Below, piece by piece: positions 11,257 through 18,870 of a DNA stretch of 34,686 bases (its first letter is position 1; every line of letters begins with the position of its first letter). A model generated the notes under the pieces. That model was not told the DNA's origin. It made no database searches and worked only from the letters and a program-made list of their open reading frames with translations. Made by a program: the position numbers and the translations under genes. The DNA lies in contig DYRQ01000012.1 in the NCBI GenBank assembly GCA_020718645.1, positions 1 through 34,686 of the forward strand, in the 5' to 3' direction. Source of the DNA: Verrucomicrobium spinosum (GTDB taxonomy: Bacteria; Verrucomicrobiota; Verrucomicrobiia; JADLBR01; JAIBCM01).

Positions 11257-12101
11257 AGTTCGCGCATCCCCACGCCGATTTATTTATCCCCGAGGGTTCC
11301 TTGTGGGAAGCCGCAGCCAGACGGACCACCCACCTCTGTATCGCCGCGCACCAAGACGATATCGAAATTCTCGCCTACCACGGCATTGCGGAATGTTTCA
11401 ACACAGCCAATCAAGGTTTTGGTGGAGTCGTCGTCACCAACGGCTCGGGCAGTTCACGGCGCGGCTCCTATGCGAACTTCACCGATGAACAGATGGTGCA
11501 GGTGCGGAGGGAGGAGCAGCGGACAGCCGCTATCATTGGACACTACACCTTCCAAGCCCAGCTAGCCCATCCCAGTGAGACTGTGAAAAACCCGTCCGCC
11601 AAAGAAGTTATCGCCGATCTTAGTGTGATCTTATCCGCTGTGCGTCCTCAAGTGCTCTACACGCACAACCCTGCTGACAAACATGACTCCCACATTGCCG
11701 TGCTCTTGCGCACCCTGGAGGCTGTCCGTTCTCTGCCAGTCATAGATCGTCCTCGGAAAATCTACGGGGTCGAGGTATGGCGCAACCTCGACTGGCTCTT
11801 GGATGAAGACAAAGTGGCTCTTGCTGTGGATCGTTATCCTAACTTGAGCGCAGCTCTCCTCGGTGTCTTCGACTCACAAATCAGTGGCGGCAAACGCTAC
11901 GACCTCGCCTCTCGAGGCAGGCAGTTAGCCAATGCCACTTTTTACAACCCGCGCGAAGGCGACCAAGCTGACGCTCTCAACTGGGCCATGGACTTAACCC
12001 CCTTAGTGTTGGATGACACCCTCGATCTAGCGGATTACACCTTGGCCTATCTCGACCGACTTCGCCAAGATGTTGCCGAGCGTATTCAGAAATATCGCTG
12101 A
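11253..12101 (+). CDS. PIG-L/LmbE-family N-acetylglucosaminyl deacetylase
   Basis: AAHQDDIEILAYHG (HxDD zinc-binding motif of the PIG-L family); ATGA overlap with the nagB stop. Confidence 0.75.
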   Translation: MKFAHPHADLFIPEGSLWEAAARRTTHLCIAAHQDDIEILAYHGIAECFNTANQGFGGVVVTNGSGSSRRGSYANFTDEQMVQVRREEQRTAAIIGHYTFQAQLAHPSETVKNPSAKEVIADLSVILSAVRPQVLYTHNPADKHDSHIAVLLRTLEAVRSLPVIDRPRKIYGVEVWRNLDWLLDEDKVALAVDRYPNLSAALLGVFDSQISGGKRYDLASRGRQLANATFYNPREGDQADALNWAMDLTPLVLDDTLDLADYTLAYLDRLRQDVAERIQKYR

Positions 12102-12138
12102 CACCGCCAAAAATAGGTCGTCCTTCATCTATTTTTCA

Positions 12139-12168
12139 AGCACCACTCTCTGCTGGTGTTTTTTTTGA
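12139..12168 (+). terminator. rho-independent terminator after the PIG-L gene
   Basis: GCACCAC-tctctg-CTGGTG hairpin followed by T8. Confidence 0.6.
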
Positions 12169-12255
12169 TCCATCAGAGGACGGGTTTGCCCTGCGGCGAG
12201 CCACGGAACGCGCGGAGAACAGGGATGAGTTTTGATATCCTCCGAGGGAAGAGGG

Positions 12256-12897
12256 CTACTTCCCTCGTGGCTTGGCAAAAGTCCACAGAGCCCAGATGAG
12301 CAGACCGACGCCCATCCAAGAGACCCAAGTGTGAATGCCAGAGTGATCCGGACGCAGCGTGGTTTCGGGTTTTCCTGTGATGGCCAATGATGAGGTGATG
12401 GTGCTGATGACCGGGTCGTCCCACGCAGGCTGGTTTTTGTTCGTGATGACGAGGCTCAAGGTGAGACCGGGCTGAGCCACCAGCAGGTTGACGACGGTAA
12501 TCGGGTTGGTGGGATCAGCGCAGGTGGCGCGCACGCGCAAGGCTTCCCATTCCCCCACCATGGTTTCCTGCACTTCCTGAATGTCGAGGCGCTGGTCGGT
12601 CATGGATTTTTTGTAGCCGGACAAGAAGGTTTCTTTGCCACTGCCCCGCAGGGAGGGGCGTCCGGGGGAGGAGAAGGCATAGAGTGCCAGTCGCCGTTGG
12701 TCGTCAGCATCGTTGGCTAAGAGGATGCATTTGGTGGGATACTGGCTCTTGTCCAGCGTGGTCCAGCCTCCATCGTCCGGCAGCGTGATCGAGCAGCCGT
12801 GGCTCTGCAACGAGATCATCTCCCCGCACGACTGCCAAGGAGAGCAAACACTGAGCAGCGCAGCGAGGACGAGAGCGGCGAAAGTCGGGCGCAGCAT
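12256..12897 (-). CDS. secreted or lipoprotein-like hypothetical protein (last gene of the FHA operon)
   Basis: start ATG 12897 (TGA-c-ATG junction with the upstream gene) gives MLRPTFAALVLAALLSVCSPW... signal peptide; C-terminal hydrophobic segment WVSWMGVGLLIWALWTF; no recognisable domain. Confidence 0.5.
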   Translation of the reverse strand: MLRPTFAALVLAALLSVCSPWQSCGEMISLQSHGCSITLPDDGGWTTLDKSQYPTKCILLANDADDQRRLALYAFSSPGRPSLRGSGKETFLSGYKKSMTDQRLDIQEVQETMVGEWEALRVRATCADPTNPITVVNLLVAQPGLTLSLVITNKNQPAWDDPVISTITSSLAITGKPETTLRPDHSGIHTWVSWMGVGLLIWALWTFAKPRGK

Positions 12898-12898
12898 G

Positions 12899-13693
12899 TC
12901 AGGCGGGCGGTTGCTGTTGCGCAGAGCGAGCAAAGTAAGCTTTCACTGCCGGATCGCCGTAGAAGACCATGGCGAGGATGCCGACGATCAGGGAAAAAAC
13001 ATTACCGGTGATGATAGAGACAATTTCCATGATGGCGACATGCGTGGCGGGCTTGGTGGCGCGAATCGGGTCGGACAAAATTTTCGAGGCGTAGATGATT
13101 TCAAACACCGCCAGCGTGGCCAGATAGGCAGCCGGGATGATGGTGAACACGATGCCGACGAGGAAAATCGAAAGACCAGCGAAAATCCAACCCACAGCAC
13201 CGAGGGCATTCAAAATACCACTGATCAAGGTCAACACCGCGATCGTAGTCAGCTTGCCCGGCTTAACTCCGGTGGAGGTAGGGGTGGCTGGGGAGGGCGC
13301 GGGGTAAGGCGCGGGTGCAGGGGAGGCGTAGGGCGGCTGTTGGGGCTGGGGTGCCTGCGGCTGGGGCATGGTCATGGCAGGCAGCGCGTATTCGAGGCGA
13401 ACGCCCGGGCCGTCTTTGCCTAGGTAGAGAACCGAGCCCGGAGGTAAGGGCGAGCGGGTCACTTTTTGTGAGTTCAAAAAAGTGCCCTCGCGGCTGCCGC
13501 TATCTTCCACCCACCATTGTCCGGCGTTGTGGAAAACCGCACAGTGGCGAGGGGACACCGTTTTGTCCCAAGTGGGATCGAAGCGGATATCGCAACCGGG
13601 GTCGGCACCGATGGTGACAGGGAGAGAGGTGTGGACAGTTTTTTTGCCGCGCTCGAAGCCTCCGAGCCGTGTAACAGTAAGTTCTGGGTTCAT
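12899..13693 (-). CDS. FHA-domain (non-canonical) - Pro-rich linker - 4-TM membrane protein
   Basis: FHA-like TIGADPGCDIRFDPTWDKTVSPRHCAVF...SREGTFLN with SxxH present but the conserved Gly-Arg replaced by Gly-Ala; PQPQAPQPQQPPYASPAPAP linker; four hydrophobic helices including EIIYASKIL; ATGA overlap with the upstream paralogue. Confidence 0.7.
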   Translation of the reverse strand: MNPELTVTRLGGFERGKKTVHTSLPVTIGADPGCDIRFDPTWDKTVSPRHCAVFHNAGQWWVEDSGSREGTFLNSQKVTRSPLPPGSVLYLGKDGPGVRLEYALPAMTMPQPQAPQPQQPPYASPAPAPYPAPSPATPTSTGVKPGKLTTIAVLTLISGILNALGAVGWIFAGLSIFLVGIVFTIIPAAYLATLAVFEIIYASKILSDPIRATKPATHVAIMEIVSIITGNVFSLIVGILAMVFYGDPAVKAYFARSAQQQPPA

Positions 13694-15996
13694 ATTTTTC
13701 CTCGTGATGTGCCGGTGAATCCTATCGGGTCAATACCGTGCTGGCGCACGGCGTCGAGATCCATGATGAGAAATCTGGAGCCTGGTTTGTTGAATTCCGC
13801 CGCATTTTTCCTCGTGCGGTTGGTGGCCTCGGAGATGGCGCGGACAAAACTTTCCCCCGAAGGACCGGCGGCGCGGATCTGGTCCACCACACCTTGGAGC
13901 GCACCGTCGTCGCCAGCAGCAGCCAGCGGAGCCGCCCCGCGTGCATCCACACTGCCGAGCATAGTGGTCTCCAGATAGACCATGGTTTTCCCATCACGAT
14001 CGAGGGCAAAACCCATATACATGTGGCCGGGCACAGTGACGAGGAAGCTGGAGACACCAATCTTGCGGAGCACGCTGGCCATCAGCACGCTGCCATCTAC
14101 GCAGTTGGCTTGGGCGTGTCCCAGAGATTCCTCCAAGAAGCGGACATGCTGGCTGTAGATATATTCGGACTCCGCGGAGGGGGTGGTGATGTTACTGTAT
14201 TTCACCCCCCGTTTTTGCAGGGCGCTCCAGATGGCAAACGCCTCCTTCAACACGCCTTCCGGCGGTTTTTGATAACCCGCAAATTCGTTGACCACGCGTG
14301 TGTCCAGAGCCTCGCGCAGGAGAGTGTCCACGGCCGGGTGATGCTCGTTCACAAATGCCGCGAACATCCACATCATCGGGGTAACTCCAGCCTCTTGCGC
14401 CGTTTTGGCAGCGGGGTTTTGCACGACGATAAAGGGGCAGTCGTTGACCGAACGCACACGCACAGTGAGCGTTTTTTGTCCCAGGTCGCTATTGCCGAGC
14501 ATCACGCGAAAAGTGAGATTAGCCGGAGTGATCTGGCGGTTGTTTTTGAGTGTTTCGTAGCGGTAGTTGATTTTTGGGAAAACGAAATGTTCGATATTAC
14601 CCTGTTCGAGCGTGCCTTCGAACACGCTGGGCTCGATCAATTCGGAGCCAGTAACCTCCACACGCAGCGCGGTTCGGAATGCCGGGCTCTTGATACGGAT
14701 ACCGACGAGGCCGTTGGGATCACCGAGGCGGGGCTGCATCGCGGCAGAGGGAACAGCAGGCGGCACCACGGCGGCGGTGGCGAGGAGGTAGGAGGGAAAA
14801 ATTTGGTTGTCGGCGAAGACGACGGGTTCCCATTCGCCTGGGGTCTGGAGCAGGGATTTCCCGAGAGCCGCGGCCTGCTGTCCGCGCTCAGGTGAGCCGG
14901 GTGTCATGGAGGCGCCGGGCTTGGCTGCGAGTTGACCCTGCCACCACGCCTGCGCACCAGCGGAGGCCGCTGAGGTGGAAGCAGCGGCGGGCGCATTGAC
15001 CACTTCGTTGAGCGAAGGGAGTGTCGTGGTCGCGGCAGTGCGCGCACGATCCTCGGCATCGGCCAAGGCAAAAGCCCCCGAGATGAAATGGCAGAGCAGC
15101 ACGAGGAAAAATGCCCCTGCCACGATGCCGCCCACCAGTCCCGCTCCAAAACCGTGTCCCTGTGCAGGTGCCGGAGGCATGCCAGGTCCGATAGGCTGCA
15201 TGGCAGGACCTGCCAGATATTCTTTCACCTTCCTGTCTCCCATGAAAACCAGCGAAAGGATGCCGGTGATCAAGGAGAAAATATTCCAGAACAAGATAGC
15301 CACGATCTGCATCACTGCGACAAACAGTGCCGGTTTCCGGATGCGCGCAGGGTCAGGCAAAAGGCGTGTGGCGTAGAGGATTTCCAAAATGCCAAGCGAC
15401 AAGAGATAGACGGGCGGGAGTATCTGGAGCAGTGGGGCAGACTTGAAAATTGTCAATCCGGGGACACCCAGAAAGCCGAGCAGATTCAACACGATCGCGT
15501 AGAGGATGGCGGCGCCAAAAATCAGATCTATCGCAGCCAAGATATTGAGCACACCACTGATCATGGTCAGCACCGCCACCACTTGCACCGTGCCCGGACG
15601 GGCGGCCGTGGCTCCCATCCAAGGCTGGGCTGCATTGGGTGCAGTGTAAGAGGGTTGCTGCATCGCAGGTGAGGGAGCCTGAATTAAAACAGGCTCGCAG
15701 CGCACACGGGGTCCGCCGACACCCAACTCGATCTCAGTGCCCGAGGAGAACGCGGTCGGAGCCTCGATACGACGCCCGGCGATACGGGTGCCTTGCGAGG
15801 AACCATCGTCGAGCACGAACCATTGTTTTCCATCGTATTCCAGATGGCAGTGGCGCGGGGAGACAGTCTTGTCCCATGTGGGGTCAAAGCGGACATCGCA
15901 GCCGGGGTCGGTGCCCAGCGTGACGGTGCGGTTCTGGAGTGTCATGGGTTCACGCGAACCGAAGCCGACAAGTTTAGTGATTTTGATGCCGCTCAT
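13690..15996 (-). CDS. FHA-domain (non-canonical) - 4-TM - fifth TM - extracytoplasmic transglutaminase-like (Cys/His papain-fold) domain protein; tandem paralogue of 12899..13693
   Basis: N-terminal LGTDPGCDVRFDPTWDKTVSPRHCHLEY (about 50% identical to the neighbour over FHA plus 4TM); TMs including EILYATRLL; C-terminal ANCVDGSVLMASVLRKIGVSSFLVTVPGHMYMGFALD...YLETT resembling the transglutaminase-core Cys...His...Asp/Glu arrangement. Confidence 0.7.
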   Translation of the reverse strand: MSGIKITKLVGFGSREPMTLQNRTVTLGTDPGCDVRFDPTWDKTVSPRHCHLEYDGKQWFVLDDGSSQGTRIAGRRIEAPTAFSSGTEIELGVGGPRVRCEPVLIQAPSPAMQQPSYTAPNAAQPWMGATAARPGTVQVVAVLTMISGVLNILAAIDLIFGAAILYAIVLNLLGFLGVPGLTIFKSAPLLQILPPVYLLSLGILEILYATRLLPDPARIRKPALFVAVMQIVAILFWNIFSLITGILSLVFMGDRKVKEYLAGPAMQPIGPGMPPAPAQGHGFGAGLVGGIVAGAFFLVLLCHFISGAFALADAEDRARTAATTTLPSLNEVVNAPAAASTSAASAGAQAWWQGQLAAKPGASMTPGSPERGQQAAALGKSLLQTPGEWEPVVFADNQIFPSYLLATAAVVPPAVPSAAMQPRLGDPNGLVGIRIKSPAFRTALRVEVTGSELIEPSVFEGTLEQGNIEHFVFPKINYRYETLKNNRQITPANLTFRVMLGNSDLGQKTLTVRVRSVNDCPFIVVQNPAAKTAQEAGVTPMMWMFAAFVNEHHPAVDTLLREALDTRVVNEFAGYQKPPEGVLKEAFAIWSALQKRGVKYSNITTPSAESEYIYSQHVRFLEESLGHAQANCVDGSVLMASVLRKIGVSSFLVTVPGHMYMGFALDRDGKTMVYLETTMLGSVDARGAAPLAAAGDDGALQGVVDQIRAAGPSGESFVRAISEATNRTRKNAAEFNKPGSRFLIMDLDAVRQHGIDPIGFTGTSRGKI

Positions 15997-16039
15997 AATT
16001 ATTTTTTTGAAGCTCTCCGTTCTTTCTCGCAGTTGGAGG

Positions 16040-17578
16040 TTATCGGTTCTCCGACTGGTATCTGGCCTTGAGCGCCTCAGCGACGGCGGGGGCGATCTCG
16101 GGAGATTTTTCCGCGATCATGGTCAGGGCTTGCTCGGGCGAAAGGCCTTTGCGCATTTCGAGTTCAGCGAGTTTGAGGATGCGATCCGCCTGTTCTCCCG
16201 AGAGGGTGGAGAGGAGGGCTTGGAAATTCGAAGCGCCGCGCAACTTGAGGATATCCGCCTCGCGCTGCAACTCTTGCTCGTCCTCTTTTTTCTTCAGAGA
16301 GAGTTTGGCTTCTTTGACGAGACGCAGTGCCTCGACGCCTTGTTTGGCGAGTTCGACATCGGTCTTGGCTTGCTCCACTTGCTGTTCGCGTCCGAGTTCG
16401 GCGCGGGTGCGTTGTTGGTGGATTTCCTCGTCGAACTTCAGGCGGTTGCCTTCGATCTCGTGGCGTGTCTCGAGGATTTCCGATTGGTGCCGGAGTTTCT
16501 GTTCGTCGAGCCGGTTGGAGATTTCTGATTTGCGTCGCTCGTAATCTTGCTGGAGCCCCTCGAGCTGAGTCTTGTGTTCGGCGGCTTGGAGGAAGCGCTT
16601 GGCCTGAGCCTCGCGGTCGGCGCGATTGAAGCCGAGTTCGTGGGTGACCTGCTCAAATTCGTCCCGCAACATTTCTTCGTCGCGGTAGGCAGAGACTTTT
16701 TCTGCACGCAGCGCGTCGCGCAGACGGCGGTTGATGTCGTATTCGCGGGAGAGGCGGCTGATCTCGCCGAGTTTCTCTTTGAAGGCATCAATCGCTGGAC
16801 CGCCGAAATCCGCCAGTCGCACACCGACGATCGTGAGCCCGAAAGTCGCGAGGAGTGGCTGGAGTTTTTCTTGGAGAGAACCCTCGATCATCTCGCGGAC
16901 ATTCATCTCGATCATGAGGTCATCTACCTTCTTGTCGGCGACCATGGTTTGAACCGCGTTGCGGACATCGGCGTAGAAGCGGTTGGACAAATCTTGTGTC
17001 GAGAAACTGGCCGTGTGAGTGGAGATCAGTTGGGCGACGAAGAGCTTGGCGTCGGAGACTTGAAAGAGCAGGCGCAGACGGGCGTCTATCGGGATTTGTT
17101 GATCGGTGCGCAGTTCCGGCAGGACGAAATCCACTTCGGCAGACTGCATGTCGAGGAGGATAGCGTGGCATTGCCTGCCACCATCAAGACCGAGCAGTCG
17201 CTGGAAAAAGGAGTCGAGCGTGTGGTAGCCAGGCTCGAGTTGCCCGTGGAACTGGCCGTTTTGGAAAACCAGCGCGAGCGTGCCATCGTCCACTTGCAAC
17301 CCGTGGTGCAGAGCCTCTTTGGGGTTCTGGATATCCACGCGGGCGGCGAAGTCCGAGGGAGAACGGTGCCAGCGGTCGCTGTAGAAAGCTTTGCGTTGGT
17401 CGGGCGTCTGAGCCCCGCCGCATTTCCAGCAAAATTTCGAATCCCCACCGACGGAGGCGCTGCATTGAGGGCAACTGCTCCACGAGGTCGCGGAGGGGCA
17501 TCCGCAGGAGTTGCAGTATTGGGCATCCTTCGAGAGAGGATTGCCGCAGTTTGGACAGCGTTCGCTTAAAAATCCCAT
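16040..17578 (-). CDS. double zinc-ribbon - SPFH/band-7 (flotillin-like) - long coiled-coil protein
   Basis: CPNCG...CNSCG and CPQCS...CWKCG ribbons; SPFH-like core (ILLDMQSAEVDFVLPELRTDQQIPIDARLRLLFQVSD...); about 200 aa of E/Q/R/L-rich coiled coil; AAGGA RBS 7 nt before the ATG. Confidence 0.8.
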   Translation of the reverse strand: MGFLSERCPNCGNPLSKDAQYCNSCGCPSATSWSSCPQCSASVGGDSKFCWKCGGAQTPDQRKAFYSDRWHRSPSDFAARVDIQNPKEALHHGLQVDDGTLALVFQNGQFHGQLEPGYHTLDSFFQRLLGLDGGRQCHAILLDMQSAEVDFVLPELRTDQQIPIDARLRLLFQVSDAKLFVAQLISTHTASFSTQDLSNRFYADVRNAVQTMVADKKVDDLMIEMNVREMIEGSLQEKLQPLLATFGLTIVGVRLADFGGPAIDAFKEKLGEISRLSREYDINRRLRDALRAEKVSAYRDEEMLRDEFEQVTHELGFNRADREAQAKRFLQAAEHKTQLEGLQQDYERRKSEISNRLDEQKLRHQSEILETRHEIEGNRLKFDEEIHQQRTRAELGREQQVEQAKTDVELAKQGVEALRLVKEAKLSLKKKEDEQELQREADILKLRGASNFQALLSTLSGEQADRILKLAELEMRKGLSPEQALTMIAEKSPEIAPAVAEALKARYQSENR

Positions 17579-17593
17579 AGTAATTCCTTGGAG

Positions 17594-17608
17594 GCAAGGG
17601 GCGTGCCA
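17594..17608 (-). promoter_or_regulatory. sigma54-type -24/-12 element (TGGCAC-gcccc-TTGC) 15 nt upstream of the SPFH gene ATG
   Basis: reverse complement of 17594-17608 reads TGGCACGCCCCTTGC, a 10/10 match to TGGCAC-N5-TTGC. Confidence 0.4.
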
Positions 17609-17660
17609 AAGACGGTGAGACTCAAATACGATCGAGTCTGCGCGATGGAATGCCCGGGGT

Positions 17661-17945
17661 TCATTTTTCTAAAAATTGGAAATGGAAACGAGCCACGCGC
17701 AGATGATCGCCGTGGCGCAAACGCTGGCGCCGGGCCACGCGGTGCCCGTTGAGGTAAGTGCCGTTGCGGCTGCCGAAGTCTGCCACCCAATAGCGGTGGT
17801 CGGAGTCGGGCATGACCGCGCCATGCGAGCGGGAGACAGCGGGGTGTGGGAGCACGAGATCGTTATCGGGGTTGCGCCCAAAAAAGAGTGTGCCACCCAG
17901 AGGTTCCGAGTCGCCGTTGCCGAGCATGAGGCGGGCGTGGTTCAT
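17661..17945 (-). CDS. small soluble FHA-domain protein (canonical FHA)
   Basis: start at MNHARL (ATG 17945); LFFGRNPDNDLVLPHPAVSRSHGAVM...FGSRNGTYLNGHRV carries the canonical GR, SxxH and NG FHA residues; the upstream part of the track ORF is a probable extension. Confidence 0.75.
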   Translation of the reverse strand: MNHARLMLGNGDSEPLGGTLFFGRNPDNDLVLPHPAVSRSHGAVMPDSDHRYWVADFGSRNGTYLNGHRVARRQRLRHGDHLRVARFHFQFLEK

Positions 17946-17980
17946 GGGGATGTCGCACCAATGTCTGAGGCGGCACTCGA

Positions 17981-18217
17981 TCAGCGCACGAAAAGGGGCT
18001 GGTCGGGCGTGTTGTGTTTCAGGGAAGATTCGCCCTGCTGCACGCTTTTCGTTTTGATGGGTTCGGGCTGCGGCTCGAGCACATACGATTTTTTCACCTG
18101 AAGCCCATCGCCGCACGGGGTGTGTCCGTAGTTCGGTGAGACAGGGCCTTCGGTGACTTGGCTGGCGCAGCCGGCAAGGAGGGCGATAGCGGGGTAAAGG
18201 AGGGTGATTTTTTTCAT
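17981..18217 (-). CDS. small lipoprotein
   Basis: MKKITLLYPAIALLAGCASQ, signal peptide with canonical lipobox LLAGC. Confidence 0.5.
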   Translation of the reverse strand: MKKITLLYPAIALLAGCASQVTEGPVSPNYGHTPCGDGLQVKKSYVLEPQPEPIKTKSVQQGESSLKHNTPDQPLFVR

Positions 18218-18271
18218 GGGGCTTTTTCTCTCAGGAGTGGTCCTTGTGGGGTGGAAGGGTGACGGGGTGAG

Positions 18272-18730
18272 TTAGCGGACTTCGATGAAAACAGGTTGCG
18301 AGTTGAGTTCCGCTTGGATGCGGGATTCGGTGGCGAGGTTGGCAGGGAAGAAGCCCGAGCCATCGAGCCACTCGCGCATGACCACGCCGCCGACGGTGCG
18401 GCCGCGGCTGATGCCTTTGATGTAGTAGTTGGTCTGGCCGGATTTTTCCTCGACGATCACCTGGGCTGTCCCTGTGCCTTCGCGGGGGACATAGAAAGCT
18501 TCGCGTGCTTTGCCGAAGCCGTGTTTGAAGACAAAGACAGGTCTGATCTCGCCTCGCTTGAGGTAGAGCATGGTGGAGCCTTTGGGCGGGGCTTTCGAGT
18601 GGGGCGTCTTTTTGACGATCACCGTCTCGTCCATGTCAAATTTCTCTTGGGCCTGCAGGCTGGAGGCGTAGGTGGCAAACAATAGGACTCCCAACGCAGC
18701 AGTCAGAAGGTGGCTTTTTCTTGTTCTCAT
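18272..18730 (-). CDS. secreted hypothetical protein (first gene of the FHA operon)
   Basis: start at MRTRKSHLLTAALGVLLFATYASSLQAQ (signal peptide; ATG 18730, GGGAGA 7 nt upstream); the longer track ORF to 18922 overlaps yraN. Confidence 0.5.
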   Translation of the reverse strand: MRTRKSHLLTAALGVLLFATYASSLQAQEKFDMDETVIVKKTPHSKAPPKGSTMLYLKRGEIRPVFVFKHGFGKAREAFYVPREGTGTAQVIVEEKSGQTNYYIKGISRGRTVGGVVMREWLDGSGFFPANLATESRIQAELNSQPVFIEVR

Positions 18731-18745
18731 ATATATCTCCCTTGG

Positions 18746-18760
18746 GCAAAAGTTGTGCCA
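18746..18760 (-). promoter_or_regulatory. sigma54-type -24/-12 element (TGGCAC-aactt-TTGC) 15 nt upstream of the ATG at 18730
   Basis: reverse complement of 18746-18760 reads TGGCACAACTTTTGC, a 10/10 match; same spacing to the start codon as the 17594 site. Confidence 0.4.
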
Positions 18761-18870
18761 ATAGTTATGCTGAAACACGCCGCTATTGTTAGACGGGGCA
18801 GAGGCGGTGGCAAGCCTGAATCCGCAGCAGTAAAATAGCTCAGTCTCCGGTGCTGCAGGGGTTGGTCGGG

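Noticed and set aside
13255-13345. Repetitive GC-rich DNA (ggggtggctgggga...) as a possible tandem repeat or phase-variable tract
   Set aside because: It encodes the Pro/Ala/Gln-rich linker of the FHA-4TM protein in frame; low-complexity coding sequence rather than an independent repeat element
13738-14895. 385-aa plus-strand ORF antisense to the FHA-TGL gene (also 15737..16528 and 16547..17569 antisense to the SPFH gene)
   Set aside because: Low-complexity Arg/Gly/His-rich translations with no domain signal; the sense strand carries clear FHA and SPFH domain homology and operon structure
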